This document shows positions 8,005 to 16,620 of a stretch of 42,782 bases of DNA, in pieces. How positions within the stretch are numbered: the first letter of the stretch is position 1; each line of letters opens with the position of its first letter. Origin of the DNA: Planctomycetota bacterium (GTDB lineage Bacteria > Planctomycetota > Planctomycetia > Pirellulales > UBA1268); NCBI GenBank assembly GCA_016872925.1, contig VGYR01000001.1, positions 1-42,782 of the forward strand, read 5' to 3'. The notes under the pieces were generated by a model that did no database searches, was not told where the DNA came from, and saw only the letters and a program-made list of their open reading frames with translations. Both the position numbers and the translations under genes were made by a program.

Positions 8005-9378
8005 TCACTTCGCGCCTGCCACGCCGAACAGCCGCTCGACGATCCCGGCGACGTCCGTCATCGCGAGCGACTCCGCGGCGGTGATGTCGGGCCGCGACGC
8101 GATCAGGATCGTCTCGTGCGGATTCGCGGGATCGACTGCGCCGTGGGAGCCCTTCACGAGCGCCGGGTCGAGCGGGATCGCGATCTGCGGCAGCCGCGTG
8201 CGGTCGAGGTGGAGCTCCAGCGGGTCGTAGCCGGGCTTGCGGTGGATGTCGATCGTCCGGGCGAAGGTCGGCGCACGCGCCTCGTCGAGCCAGGAGAAGT
8301 AGGTCTGCCAGGAGTCGAGCGTGCTCTCGATGAAGAGGTCGCCGCAGCGGTTCATGGAGCGTGGCTGGCCCGGGGCCACCAGTCCGGCCGTCACGAGTTC
8401 CTCCCCCCGGAGCACCCGGCCCACCCCTGCCCTGCCCCGGAAGAGATCGGCCACCGACACCGCATCGGCCGGATCGCGCAGGAACACGTGGCCGATCTGG
8501 TGGTCGGCGAGCGTCCACGCCCGGCTGCCCGTCAGGTCGAGGATCTCGCCGTCGGACGTCTCGCGCACCGCCAGCAAGCCAGCCTCCCGCAGGATGCGAT
8601 TGGGATGCACCGCATGCGACACCGGTCGGATCCTGTATTCGCCGGCCACGAGGACGACGAGGTCGTCGCGGCCCACGAGTGCGCCGAAATCGTCGAGCAG
8701 CGTGCCGATCTCGGCGTCGAGTTCGCCGCAGGCTGCGTGGGCCTGGGGACTGTCGGGACCGGTGCGTTGCGCGGCATAGTCGAGGTGCGGCAGATAGACG
8801 AAGGCCAGGTCCGGCGGCGCGGGACGCGACGCCTCGACGAAGCTCCGGGCGATCCACCGCGACGACTCGATGCCGGCGGCCGGCCCCCAGAACTTGTGGA
8901 GCGGAAACTCTCCGAGCGTCTCGCGCAGCCCGGCGTAGAGCGACTCCGGATTCGTGTGGCACCACATCGTCTCGGTGCCGTCGGCGTTGTGCCTGGGCGC
9001 GGGCAGGCAGACGAGGTCCGCGGTCGCATGCTTCGACTGGAGCAGGAACCAGGCCGCCGTGCGGGCCTGGGGGCGGGCCGCCTTGAGCCGGTCCCAGAGC
9101 CGCGGCGCGCGGTGGACCGAGTCCGGACTGATCCACATCTCGAGGTGCTCGGAGCCGCGGTCGAACAAGCCGTTGGCGACGACCCCATGCGCGGCAGGCC
9201 CGGTTCCGGTGGTGAGCGCGGCCTGCACCGGACAGGTGACCGCGGGGAAGCCCGGGGCGAGCGGCACCGCGCGGCCGGCGGCGGCGAGGCCGGCGAGCAC
9301 GGGCATCCGCGGCAGGTCCTCGGCCCGCAGGCCCGGAATCGAGAGCAGGAGCACGTGCGGACCGTGGGGCGTGGTCAT
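8005..9378 (-). CDS. Alkaline-phosphatase / nucleotide pyrophosphatase-phosphodiesterase family protein (EboF-like)
   Basis: Full ORF of 457 aa. N-terminal VLLLSIPGLR and TCPVQAALTTG match the metal/nucleophile region (T.P......TG) of type I phosphodiesterase/NPP enzymes. ATGA overlap with the upstream gene. Confidence 0.8.
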   Translation of the reverse strand: MTTPHGPHVLLLSIPGLRAEDLPRMPVLAGLAAAGRAVPLAPGFPAVTCPVQAALTTGTGPAAHGVVANGLFDRGSEHLEMWISPDSVHRAPRLWDRLKAARPQARTAAWFLLQSKHATADLVCLPAPRHNADGTETMWCHTNPESLYAGLRETLGEFPLHKFWGPAAGIESSRWIARSFVEASRPAPPDLAFVYLPHLDYAAQRTGPDSPQAHAACGELDAEIGTLLDDFGALVGRDDLVVLVAGEYRIRPVSHAVHPNRILREAGLLAVRETSDGEILDLTGSRAWTLADHQIGHVFLRDPADAVSVADLFRGRAGVGRVLRGEELVTAGLVAPGQPRSMNRCGDLFIESTLDSWQTYFSWLDEARAPTFARTIDIHRKPGYDPLELHLDRTRLPQIAIPLDPALVKGSHGAVDPANPHETILIASRPDITAAESLAMTDVAGIVERLFGVAGAK

Positions 9379-10223
9379 GCGGCGGACGCTCCGGCGAGGA
9401 GGGGGGCGAGAATCATGGCCGAGTCCCGGGCCGTCTCCAGCCAGCGGTGCGACTGCCGGGGCAGTTCGACGTGCAGGGGCCCGTCGTAGCCGGCGGCAGC
9501 GAGAGCGGCGACCGCCGCGGCGAGGTCGACCTCCCCGGAGCCCAGCGGCAGGTGCTCATGACGGCAGGCGCGCATGTCGTCGACGTGCACGTTGGCGATC
9601 AGCCCTCGCCACGGCACGAGGTGATCGGCGTAGGGCCGCTCGCCCATGCACTCCAGATGCCCGACGTCCACCGTCAGCCGCAGCCGTTCCGGCCGGCCCA
9701 GCCTGTCGACGATGGCCGCCGCCCGTGCGAGCGTGTCGATCACCATCCCGGGTTCGGGTTCGAGGGCGACCGTCACACCCCGGACGGTGGCATGGTCGAC
9801 GATCGTCGCCAGACCTTCGGCGACGCGATCGCAGCAGGTCTCGACGGGCGCACGGTCGCGGCCGATCCCCGACCAGAGCGACACGCACGGTGCCCCGAGG
9901 GCGGCTGCGACGTCGATCGCCCGACGGCTGAAGTCGATCCGTCGGGCCCGGGCCGAGGCATCGGCCGTGACGAGCGTGGGTTCGTGCTTCACGGCGGGAT
10001 CGAGGAGGTGGCGGGCTCCGGTTTCGACCACGCATCCGAGCCCCGCCGCCTCGAGGGCGCGCCGCCACCTGGCGACGCGGGCGGCTACGTCGGCCGCGAA
10101 GGGGTCGATCGTGTGGTGATCCAGCGTGATCGCCAGCGACGCATAGCCCAGGTCGCGGAGCTGCGGCACCGCGACGAGCGGGTCGACATCGGCGATCGAG
10201 TTGGTGCTGAAGCCGAGCCGCAT
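9375..10223 (-). CDS. Xylose-isomerase-like TIM-barrel protein (sugar phosphate isomerase/epimerase family, EboE-like)
   Basis: Full ORF of 282 aa. VALEPEPGMVIDT, VDVGHLEC, NVHVDDM and HLPLGSGEVD are typical of the AP-endonuclease-2/xylose isomerase-like TIM barrel. Confidence 0.8.
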   Translation of the reverse strand: MRLGFSTNSIADVDPLVAVPQLRDLGYASLAITLDHHTIDPFAADVAARVARWRRALEAAGLGCVVETGARHLLDPAVKHEPTLVTADASARARRIDFSRRAIDVAAALGAPCVSLWSGIGRDRAPVETCCDRVAEGLATIVDHATVRGVTVALEPEPGMVIDTLARAAAIVDRLGRPERLRLTVDVGHLECMGERPYADHLVPWRGLIANVHVDDMRACRHEHLPLGSGEVDLAAAVAALAAAGYDGPLHVELPRQSHRWLETARDSAMILAPLLAGASAA

Positions 10224-10229
10224 GACACA

Positions 10230-11150
10230 TCAGGTGGGGGACACGAGCCGGCGGCCGAGCAGGAACCAGGCGACGAGCGTGATCACGACGAGCGCCCAGC
10301 GCTCGCCGCAGGCCGCCAGCACGAGCACCGCGTCGAGCGTGATCAGCGACATGATCGCATTCCCCACCGCGGCCCGCACGCGGCCCGCGGCCGGATCGGC
10401 GACGGCCTGCGCCACCCGCACCAGGATCGACGCCGCCAGCAGGCCCCAGCAGGCGAGCCAGGTCGTCGCCGGCAGCGACGCCGTGCGAACGATCCCCTCC
10501 AGCAGCGTGGGGCCCCAGACGTACCCCGCAGTCACGGCGAGCCCGACGGCCATCGCGGCGCCGCCGGCGGCCACCGCCGCCCGCCGGCTGCGCGTCGCCT
10601 CGTCGCGGGCCACGAGCGTGATCCCTGCCACGTAGATCGCCATCCCGGCCGGGATCGCCCACTGCCAGGGAGCGGCCGGCCCGCCTGCCGCGGTCATGCC
10701 GAGGATCCAGTTGAGCGCCCGGCAGGCACCCATCACCACCGGCCCGGCCGGCGTGGCCTTTGCATGCCGGTCATAGAGCCAGATCGCGACGGTCATCGCG
10801 GCGCCGACGAGGGCCGGCCAGGGGCTCTGCGCCGCCAGCGCCGCCCCGCACGCCGCCGCCGCACCGATCGCCATCAGCACGCTGCCGGCCAGCGCGGCGA
10901 ACCGAGGGTCGATCGCACCACTCGGCAGAGGCCGCTCGGGCCGCTCTGCCCGATCGAGGGCCAGGTCGCAGACGTCGTTCAGCACCACCCCCGCGGCATA
11001 GAAGGCGATCGACGCCAGCACGGCGAGCCCGCAGCTCGCGGGCGGCCAGTCGATGGTCGTGAGCCGCGACACGACCAGAAACCCTGCGAGCGAGTCGGCC
11101 GCCGCCGTGGCCAGGTTCGGCAGCCGCACGAGCCGCAGCCACGCCAGCAT
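10230..11150 (-). CDS. UbiA-family aromatic/polyprenyl prenyltransferase (EboC-like)
   Basis: Polytopic membrane protein. First Asp-rich motif NDVCDLALD. Second region WLYDRHAK. ATG 11150 lies 1 nt after the upstream stop (a GTG at 11168 is the alternative start). Confidence 0.85.
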   Translation of the reverse strand: MLAWLRLVRLPNLATAAADSLAGFLVVSRLTTIDWPPASCGLAVLASIAFYAAGVVLNDVCDLALDRAERPERPLPSGAIDPRFAALAGSVLMAIGAAAACGAALAAQSPWPALVGAAMTVAIWLYDRHAKATPAGPVVMGACRALNWILGMTAAGGPAAPWQWAIPAGMAIYVAGITLVARDEATRSRRAAVAAGGAAMAVGLAVTAGYVWGPTLLEGIVRTASLPATTWLACWGLLAASILVRVAQAVADPAAGRVRAAVGNAIMSLITLDAVLVLAACGERWALVVITLVAWFLLGRRLVSPT

Positions 11151-11151
11151 G

Positions 11152-12018
11152 TCAGACGAGCTCCACACCGGCCGCCGCCGCCACGGCGAGCAGGTGGGCG
11201 CGGGCCGCGCAGGCCGCGTCGTCGGGGCGATCCCGATACGGGTAGAGCTCGACCGTCACCCAGAGGTCCGGCGTGTGGGCGGCGATGGCCCGGAGCGTGG
11301 CCGCGAAGTCGATCGCCCCCTCGCCGGGCACGAGGTGGTGATGCACGCGGGTGGCCGCGATGTCTTCGACGTGATAGTGCCGCGTGTGGGCCTTCATCCG
11401 GGGCACCCACTCGGCGGGATCCTCGCCCACACAGTAGGCGTGGCCAACGTCGAAGTTGAGGCCGAGCGCCGGATGGTTCACCCGCCCGGCGAACTCGAGG
11501 TACTGGCCGAAGGTCTCGATCAACAGGCCCGGCTCCGGCTCGATCAGGAGCCCGATCCCGCAGTCGGCGGCCACGTCGAGGGCGGGCATGATCTCGTCGT
11601 AGAAGATGCCGGCGGCCTGCTCACGGGTCTGCCCCGGCTGGATCTCGCCCCCCGGCTCGGTGGAGATGTGGCTGGCCCCGAGTTCGGCGGCGAGCCGCAA
11701 GGCCCGCTTCGTGTGCTCGCGGCGGATGGCCCGGTAGTGCGGGTCGGGGTCGGTCCACCCCGGATGCCAGTAGGGCTGCCGCGGATCGGCGATTGCATTC
11801 ATCATGAACGCGTTGATGTTCGACACGACGAGGCCGCTGGTCCGCAGCGCCCGCCGGATCGACTCCTTCTGCACCTCGAGCAGCCCGGCCGGCCAGGCAT
11901 GCGGCACGTCGGCGAGCAGTTCGATGCCGCCGTAGCCGAAGCCGGCGATCCGCTCGATCGCCTGCTCGACCGGCGCGTCGAGATACGCATTGGAACTGAA
12001 CGCGAGGCGAAGCGGCAT
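11152..12018 (-). CDS. Second xylose-isomerase-like TIM-barrel protein, paralogous to 9375..10223
   Basis: ATG 12018 (MPLRLAFSSNAY). LLIEPEPGLLIETF, FDVGHAYC, HYHVEDI and HLVPGEGAIDF mirror the motifs of the other TIM-barrel gene. Confidence 0.8.
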   Translation of the reverse strand: MPLRLAFSSNAYLDAPVEQAIERIAGFGYGGIELLADVPHAWPAGLLEVQKESIRRALRTSGLVVSNINAFMMNAIADPRQPYWHPGWTDPDPHYRAIRREHTKRALRLAAELGASHISTEPGGEIQPGQTREQAAGIFYDEIMPALDVAADCGIGLLIEPEPGLLIETFGQYLEFAGRVNHPALGLNFDVGHAYCVGEDPAEWVPRMKAHTRHYHVEDIAATRVHHHLVPGEGAIDFAATLRAIAAHTPDLWVTVELYPYRDRPDDAACAARAHLLAVAAAAGVELV

Positions 12019-12049
12019 GCACGGAGATCCCTTGAACTTCTGCTCCAAG

Positions 12050-12055
12050 ACTATA
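12050..12055 (-). promoter_or_regulatory. Possible -10 box (TATAGT) upstream of the TIM/UbiA/TIM/phosphatase genes
   Basis: TATAGT on the minus strand 32 nt upstream of ATG 12018, inside the only sizeable gap (196 nt) of the ten-gene array. I see no well-spaced -35 (a TTGCCG lies 22 nt upstream). Confidence 0.2.
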
Positions 12056-12214
12056 GCCGGCACCGGCCCACCGCGGACGGCAACAGCCCGGCGGAGGCAC
12101 GCGCAGGAGGCGGGGAGCTTTGGGCCCCGCAAGCCCCGCTCGGTTCCGTCGGGTCGGTGAACTCACAAAGCCCCCCGGCGACGAGCATGTCCTCCGCCGG
12201 GCTGCGGCGCACCC

Positions 12215-12436
12215 TCACGGCCAGAGAATCACCCGCGTCTCCACCCAACGGGGCCGCACCGGCAGCCGCTCGAGTTCGGTGTAGACCATGGCGGAGGGAT
12301 TCACCTCCCGCGATTCCATCTCGGCCACGTGTCGGGCCACCGCGGCGCAGCGGCCGATCCACGGCAGGCCGCCGCACCAGACGACGCCGAGCCCGGCCAC
12401 GACCGCGGCGAGGCGCAGCGGGCCGCCGGGACTCAC
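12215..12436 (-). CDS. Small (73 aa) single-TM protein of unknown function
   Basis: Not a separate ORF in the track; it is the tail of shadow ORF 12215..13726. The GTG start overlaps the TGA of the upstream transporter (GTGA). Codon third positions are almost all G/C. Sequence: (M)SPGGPLRLAAVVAGLGVVWCGGLPWIGRCAAVARHVAEMESREVNPSAMVYTELERLPVRPRWVETRVILWP. Confidence 0.55.
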   Translation of the reverse strand: MSPGGPLRLAAVVAGLGVVWCGGLPWIGRCAAVARHVAEMESREVNPSAMVYTELERLPVRPRWVETRVILWP

Positions 12437-13845
12437 GGCTCCACTCCCTTCCGGAAGAGCCAGCCGAAGGTGAGGCTCGCCATCGCCAGCGAGAGGGCCA
12501 GATTGAGGCACTGGCCGCCGACATAGAGCGCCAGCGGCCGGCCGCTGGCGAGAACCGGGGCGAGTTCGCGGAAGTTCGTCTCCAGCCCCATGCACACGAA
12601 GCCGGCGCAGAACAGCCAACCCCGCAGCCGCGACGTGAATCCGGTGGTCGAGCCGTCGATCCAGAGGGCGAACTCGGGCGACCGGCTGAACAGCCACGAA
12701 CAGACGAGCGAAGCCGCGAGAAACCCGAGGATGAACCGGGGGAACCGCCCCCACGCCTCGGCCAGGAGCGAGTCCCGCCGCGGGCCCGTCGCGCGGTCCA
12801 CCCAGCCGGCCCAGTAGACCGCGACCGCGAAGGCGATGATTCCGATCATCGAGTTCTGGATCATCTTCACGGTGGCGGCCACCTCGCCAGCCTCCTTGCC
12901 GAGCGACTCCCCGGCCGCAACGACGGCGCCGGTGGCGTCGATCGTGCCCCCGATCCAGGCGCCCCCCACGACCGGGTCGAGCCCCAGCCACTCGATGACC
13001 GGCGGCATCGCGACCATCATGATCACGGTGAAGAACAGCGACAGCCCGATGGCCAGCGACAGCTCCTCCTTCCGGGCCCGGCAGGCGGCTCCGGTGGCGA
13101 TGGCCGCCGACACGCCGCAGACCGACATGTCGGCCGACACCACCATGCAGAGCGCCTTCGATGGAATCCTGAGGAGATGCACCCCGACCCAGTAGGTGAC
13201 GACCAGCACCACGGGCGTGACCACCCACGAGGTCAGCAGCCCCGGCAGCCCGAGTTCGAGCAGCCGGCTGAAGAGCACCTCGGCCCCGAAGACCACGAGC
13301 CCGGTCTTGATGAGGTACTCGCCGGCCAGCGCCCGCCGCAGCCAGGCAGGCACGCCGACGACGTTGCCGATCAGGATGCCGAGCAGCAGCGCCCAGAGCG
13401 GATACTCGAGGTTGTAGAAGTGGATCACCTTCTGCGCCGCCAGCAGGTAGGCCGACGCCGCGAGTCCGGCGAGGCCCACGGCGCCCGGCAGGACGCCGAC
13501 CGCCGTCCGCCCACCGAGCGCCGCCCCGGCCACGGCCACCGCCACGACCCAGGCGCCGCCGAGGATGATCGGCACGGCGACGGACCGGCCCTGCTTGTCG
13601 TGCAGTGCCGCCAGCGGGTCGTCGGCCCAGGTCTGGGGCTTGTCGATCGTGCGGGAAAGCGGCGTGGGCCAGCCCTTGGGCCATGCCGCCCGACTCGCGG
13701 CGTTCTCCGGCGGCCGCGCGGACCACGTGACGGCCAGCGCCAGCGCGACGAGCGCCGCGCCGACGATCGTCGCCACCATGTCCTCGGGCAGCCCCGGCCT
13801 GGGTGTCGGCAGTCTTGCGTCCGGCATGGCGATCGTCCGTGGCAT
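12433..13845 (-). CDS. YeiH/UPF0324-family putative (sulfate-type) exporter
   Basis: 470-aa polytopic membrane protein. VVSADMSVCGVSAAIATG and GGTIDATGAVVAAG resemble the UPF0324 (YeiH) family. The start is uncertain (ATG 13845 or 13827). Confidence 0.7.
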   Translation of the reverse strand: MPRTIAMPDARLPTPRPGLPEDMVATIVGAALVALALAVTWSARPPENAASRAAWPKGWPTPLSRTIDKPQTWADDPLAALHDKQGRSVAVPIILGGAWVVAVAVAGAALGGRTAVGVLPGAVGLAGLAASAYLLAAQKVIHFYNLEYPLWALLLGILIGNVVGVPAWLRRALAGEYLIKTGLVVFGAEVLFSRLLELGLPGLLTSWVVTPVVLVVTYWVGVHLLRIPSKALCMVVSADMSVCGVSAAIATGAACRARKEELSLAIGLSLFFTVIMMVAMPPVIEWLGLDPVVGGAWIGGTIDATGAVVAAGESLGKEAGEVAATVKMIQNSMIGIIAFAVAVYWAGWVDRATGPRRDSLLAEAWGRFPRFILGFLAASLVCSWLFSRSPEFALWIDGSTTGFTSRLRGWLFCAGFVCMGLETNFRELAPVLASGRPLALYVGGQCLNLALSLAMASLTFGWLFRKGVEP

Positions 13846-13858
13846 CCTCCGCCGAGAA

Positions 13859-14677
13859 TCAACTCGAGGCCGAACGATACCGCGCCAGGGCCCGCTGAAA
13901 CACCAGCCTGGAGGCGATCAGCGACGCGATCGCGGCGATCACGGCCGCCGCCACCGCTCCCCACGCCTCGCCCGTGAGGGGTTGGGCGATCACGCGGGCC
14001 GGCACGTTGACCACCAGCAGGATCGGGATCACGAACGTGCAGACCGTCCGCAGCGGACCGCCCCAGGGACCGGCATAGATCTCCGCGGGATAGCGGGAGA
14101 AGTTGGTGAGATAGAACCAGAAGTCGTAGAGGCTCTGGTTGCGGCCCATCAGGATCGTGGCGGCGGCGAGCATGATCACGAGCCCGTAGAGGATCGCCAC
14201 GCCGCAGAGCAGCAGCAGCGGGTAGAGCAGCCAGGTGATCGCGGGCGGCGTGTGGTCCATCCGCCCGAGCGCCCAGGCGAGCAGCCCCACGCCCACGAGG
14301 CCGTTGGCCAGCGACGAGAAGTCGACCCGGTGCAGCGAGAGCAGAAACTGCGCGTCGAGCGGCTGCACGAGCACGGCGTCGAGCCCGCCGGTGCGCACCA
14401 TCTCCGTGAGCTCCTCGGCGCTCGGCATGAAGAAGGCCTGCACGATCGCGTTGATGATCAGCCCGGTGGCCACGAAGGCGAAGAACGGCGCCTTCGACCA
14501 GCCGCTCCCCTTGCCGATCTCGGGCGTGTAGGTGAACACCAGCAGGTAGAACGCCAGGTTCATCGACATCCAGCCGAGGCTCGTGACGCACTCGAGGATG
14601 AAGTTCGCCCGGAAGGTCATGTCGCGAACCAGGCATGCCCGCGCGAAGGTGCCGAAGATCGACAGGTAGCGGTTCAA
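13859..14677 (-). CDS. ABC-2-type transporter permease (second permease subunit)
   Basis: TTG start overlapping the upstream TGA (TTGA), with GGAG 8 nt upstream. LNRYLSIFGTFARACLVRDMTFRANFILE... is the typical N-terminus of the uncharacterised ABC-2 permease family. Multiple TM helices. Confidence 0.75.
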   Translation of the reverse strand: MNRYLSIFGTFARACLVRDMTFRANFILECVTSLGWMSMNLAFYLLVFTYTPEIGKGSGWSKAPFFAFVATGLIINAIVQAFFMPSAEELTEMVRTGGLDAVLVQPLDAQFLLSLHRVDFSSLANGLVGVGLLAWALGRMDHTPPAITWLLYPLLLLCGVAILYGLVIMLAAATILMGRNQSLYDFWFYLTNFSRYPAEIYAGPWGGPLRTVCTFVIPILLVVNVPARVIAQPLTGEAWGAVAAAVIAAIASLIASRLVFQRALARYRSASS

Positions 14678-15729
14678 GCGGGTCGCTCCGTCGGTCGGGA
14701 CTCTCGGTCGCCGGGCCGGATGTAGATTTTTCCCTGGCTCGTCGACGCCAGCAGCCCGGGCAGGCTCGTGGGGATGGCGGCGAGCGGGACGTGCGCGCGG
14801 GGCCGCGTCCGCAGGTCGGAGGCGAGCAGTCGCCGGGCAGTTCGCAGAAACCGCGAGATCCGCAGCAGTCCCAGCGGACTGCGATCCTTGAATTCCCCCG
14901 ACACCCAGTAGCCGGTGACGGTCTGCCCGCGAAAGATCAGGTCGCCCGGGTTGACCGTCGATTCCTTGCCGGACAAGACACCGTAGACCGCGATCGTGCT
15001 GCCCGGCGGCATGCACGCGGCGAGGGTGCCGGTCAGTTCGCCGGCCACCGCGTCGGCGGCCCACGTGGCCTCAAGGTCCCGGGCGAGCGCCGTGAGCGAT
15101 TCCGCGAAGTCGGCGCGGCTGGCGTCCAAGACGTACGTGCCGCCGGCCGCCTGCAGTTCGGCGACGAGGGCTTCGCGATGCACGATGTTGATCAGGGGGA
15201 AACCATGCCGGCGACTCAGGCGGATCAGCATCCGACCCAGCTGCGATGCCCCGGCGGTGTGGATCATCGCCCGGTGCCGCCCCCTGATCACGGGCCGGGC
15301 GAGGCCCAGGGCCGTCAGCGGATTGACGAAGGCCGACGCGGCCGACTCGTCGCTGACGGCGGCGGGGATCGGCATCGCCTCCATGGCCTTGAGGACGATG
15401 TATTCCGCCCAGAAGCCCTGGCCGGCCTGCACGGCTCCGGCCACGCGCGTGCCGACGAGCCGATCGGCGAGCCAGCCGCCCCCCGAGGCGACGACGATGC
15501 CGCAGCCTTCGAAGCCGGGCACCACCGGGAGCGCGGGGGGAGACGCGTAGGTCCCGAAGCAATACAGGACGTCCGATGGATTCACCGGCGAACAGATCAC
15601 CCTGACGAGGATCTCGCCGCGGCGGGGCACCGGGACAGGAAGCTCGACGACGCGGATTCCCGCCGGACCAGAAAACGTCTCCAGCAGCGCTGCCCGCATC
15701 GTCGTCGAGCCATCCGGCAGTTGCTTCAT
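14674..15729 (-). CDS. MDR-superfamily NAD(P)H-dependent oxidoreductase (quinone-oxidoreductase / enoyl-reductase-like)
   Basis: GEILVRVICSPVNPSD, PVVPGFEGCGIVV and dinucleotide motif HTAGASQLG. I see no obvious structural-zinc Cys cluster. Confidence 0.8.
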   Translation of the reverse strand: MKQLPDGSTTMRAALLETFSGPAGIRVVELPVPVPRRGEILVRVICSPVNPSDVLYCFGTYASPPALPVVPGFEGCGIVVASGGGWLADRLVGTRVAGAVQAGQGFWAEYIVLKAMEAMPIPAAVSDESAASAFVNPLTALGLARPVIRGRHRAMIHTAGASQLGRMLIRLSRRHGFPLINIVHREALVAELQAAGGTYVLDASRADFAESLTALARDLEATWAADAVAGELTGTLAACMPPGSTIAVYGVLSGKESTVNPGDLIFRGQTVTGYWVSGEFKDRSPLGLLRISRFLRTARRLLASDLRTRPRAHVPLAAIPTSLPGLLASTSQGKIYIRPGDRESRPTERPA

Positions 15730-15747
15730 GATGGAAACGCTCCGGTG

Positions 15748-16620
15748 TCAGCCGCCGAAGGCCGCGTAGCGGCGCGTGCCGCGGCGCCAGGCAATCCGGC
15801 AGGCGATCGCCATTGCCACCACCCACGCGGCCTCGATCGCCAGCGACCCCAGCAGTTCGGGTCCGCGGACCTTTCCCAGCCAGACGGCCGAAGGGAAGTA
15901 GGCGGTGTATTCGAAGGGCAGCCAGTGGACGACGTCGGCGAGGCTCACGCCGCCGCTGCCGACGGGCACCGTCCGCAGCAGGTCGATCGGAAACATGTGG
16001 CCCGAGAGCAGGTACTGCACGAGCATGTAGCCGAACACGATGCTCGACACCTCCATGAACCAGAAGCCGAGCATGCCGAGCGTGGCCTCCATGAAGAAGC
16101 CGAGCAGGAACGAGAGCACCAGCGAGAGCAGGAAGGCGGCGATCGTCGTGGCGTCGGGGACGGGCGGGAAGTAGCTGCGGCAGAGGAAGAACACCAGTCC
16201 GAAGGGGACCACCGCCACCGCGTAGTAGACGAGCTTGTGGGCCACGCGGGCCGCCAGCAGGAACGACACGTAGTCGACCGGCTGGATCAGGAATTTCTTG
16301 ACCGAGCCGTCGCGGACGCTGCGGGCGATCCCGCCGGCCAGCCCCGGCATGCTGGAGAAAGCCCGGGTCAGCATCGTGAGCAGGTAGTAGGCCACGATGT
16401 CGTTCCGCGAGTAGCCGGCGATGTCGCTGCGGCTGGTCGCGGAGAACACGGCCGTCCAGAGGAAGACCTGCGTGACGATCGGCAGGAACCGCATCAGCGT
16501 GCCCAGGGCGAAGTCGCCCCGGTAGACGAGCCGCTCCTCCAGGCAGATCTTCAGCATGGTCCACCAGGTCGAGAGGCCCCGGAGAGGATCCCGCAAGGCA
16601 GCGGTCGCCGCTCTGCTCAT
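15748..16620 (-). CDS. ABC-2-type transporter permease (first permease subunit)
   Basis: 290-aa polytopic protein. ATGA overlap with the ATPase gene. N-terminus ...MLKICLEERLVYRGDFALGTLMRF is typical of the family. Confidence 0.8.
   Translation of the reverse strand: MSRAATAALRDPLRGLSTWWTMLKICLEERLVYRGDFALGTLMRFLPIVTQVFLWTAVFSATSRSDIAGYSRNDIVAYYLLTMLTRAFSSMPGLAGGIARSVRDGSVKKFLIQPVDYVSFLLAARVAHKLVYYAVAVVPFGLVFFLCRSYFPPVPDATTIAAFLLSLVLSFLLGFFMEATLGMLGFWFMEVSSIVFGYMLVQYLLSGHMFPIDLLRTVPVGSGGVSLADVVHWLPFEYTAYFPSAVWLGKVRGPELLGSLAIEAAWVVAMAIACRIAWRRGTRRYAAFGG

Noticed and set aside
12051-12524. 157-aa minus ORF across the 12019..12214 gap
   Set aside because: It is out of frame with the high-GC3 signal and is Arg/Ala/Gly-rich. 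The coding signal in this interval belongs to the 73-codon frame 12215..12436.
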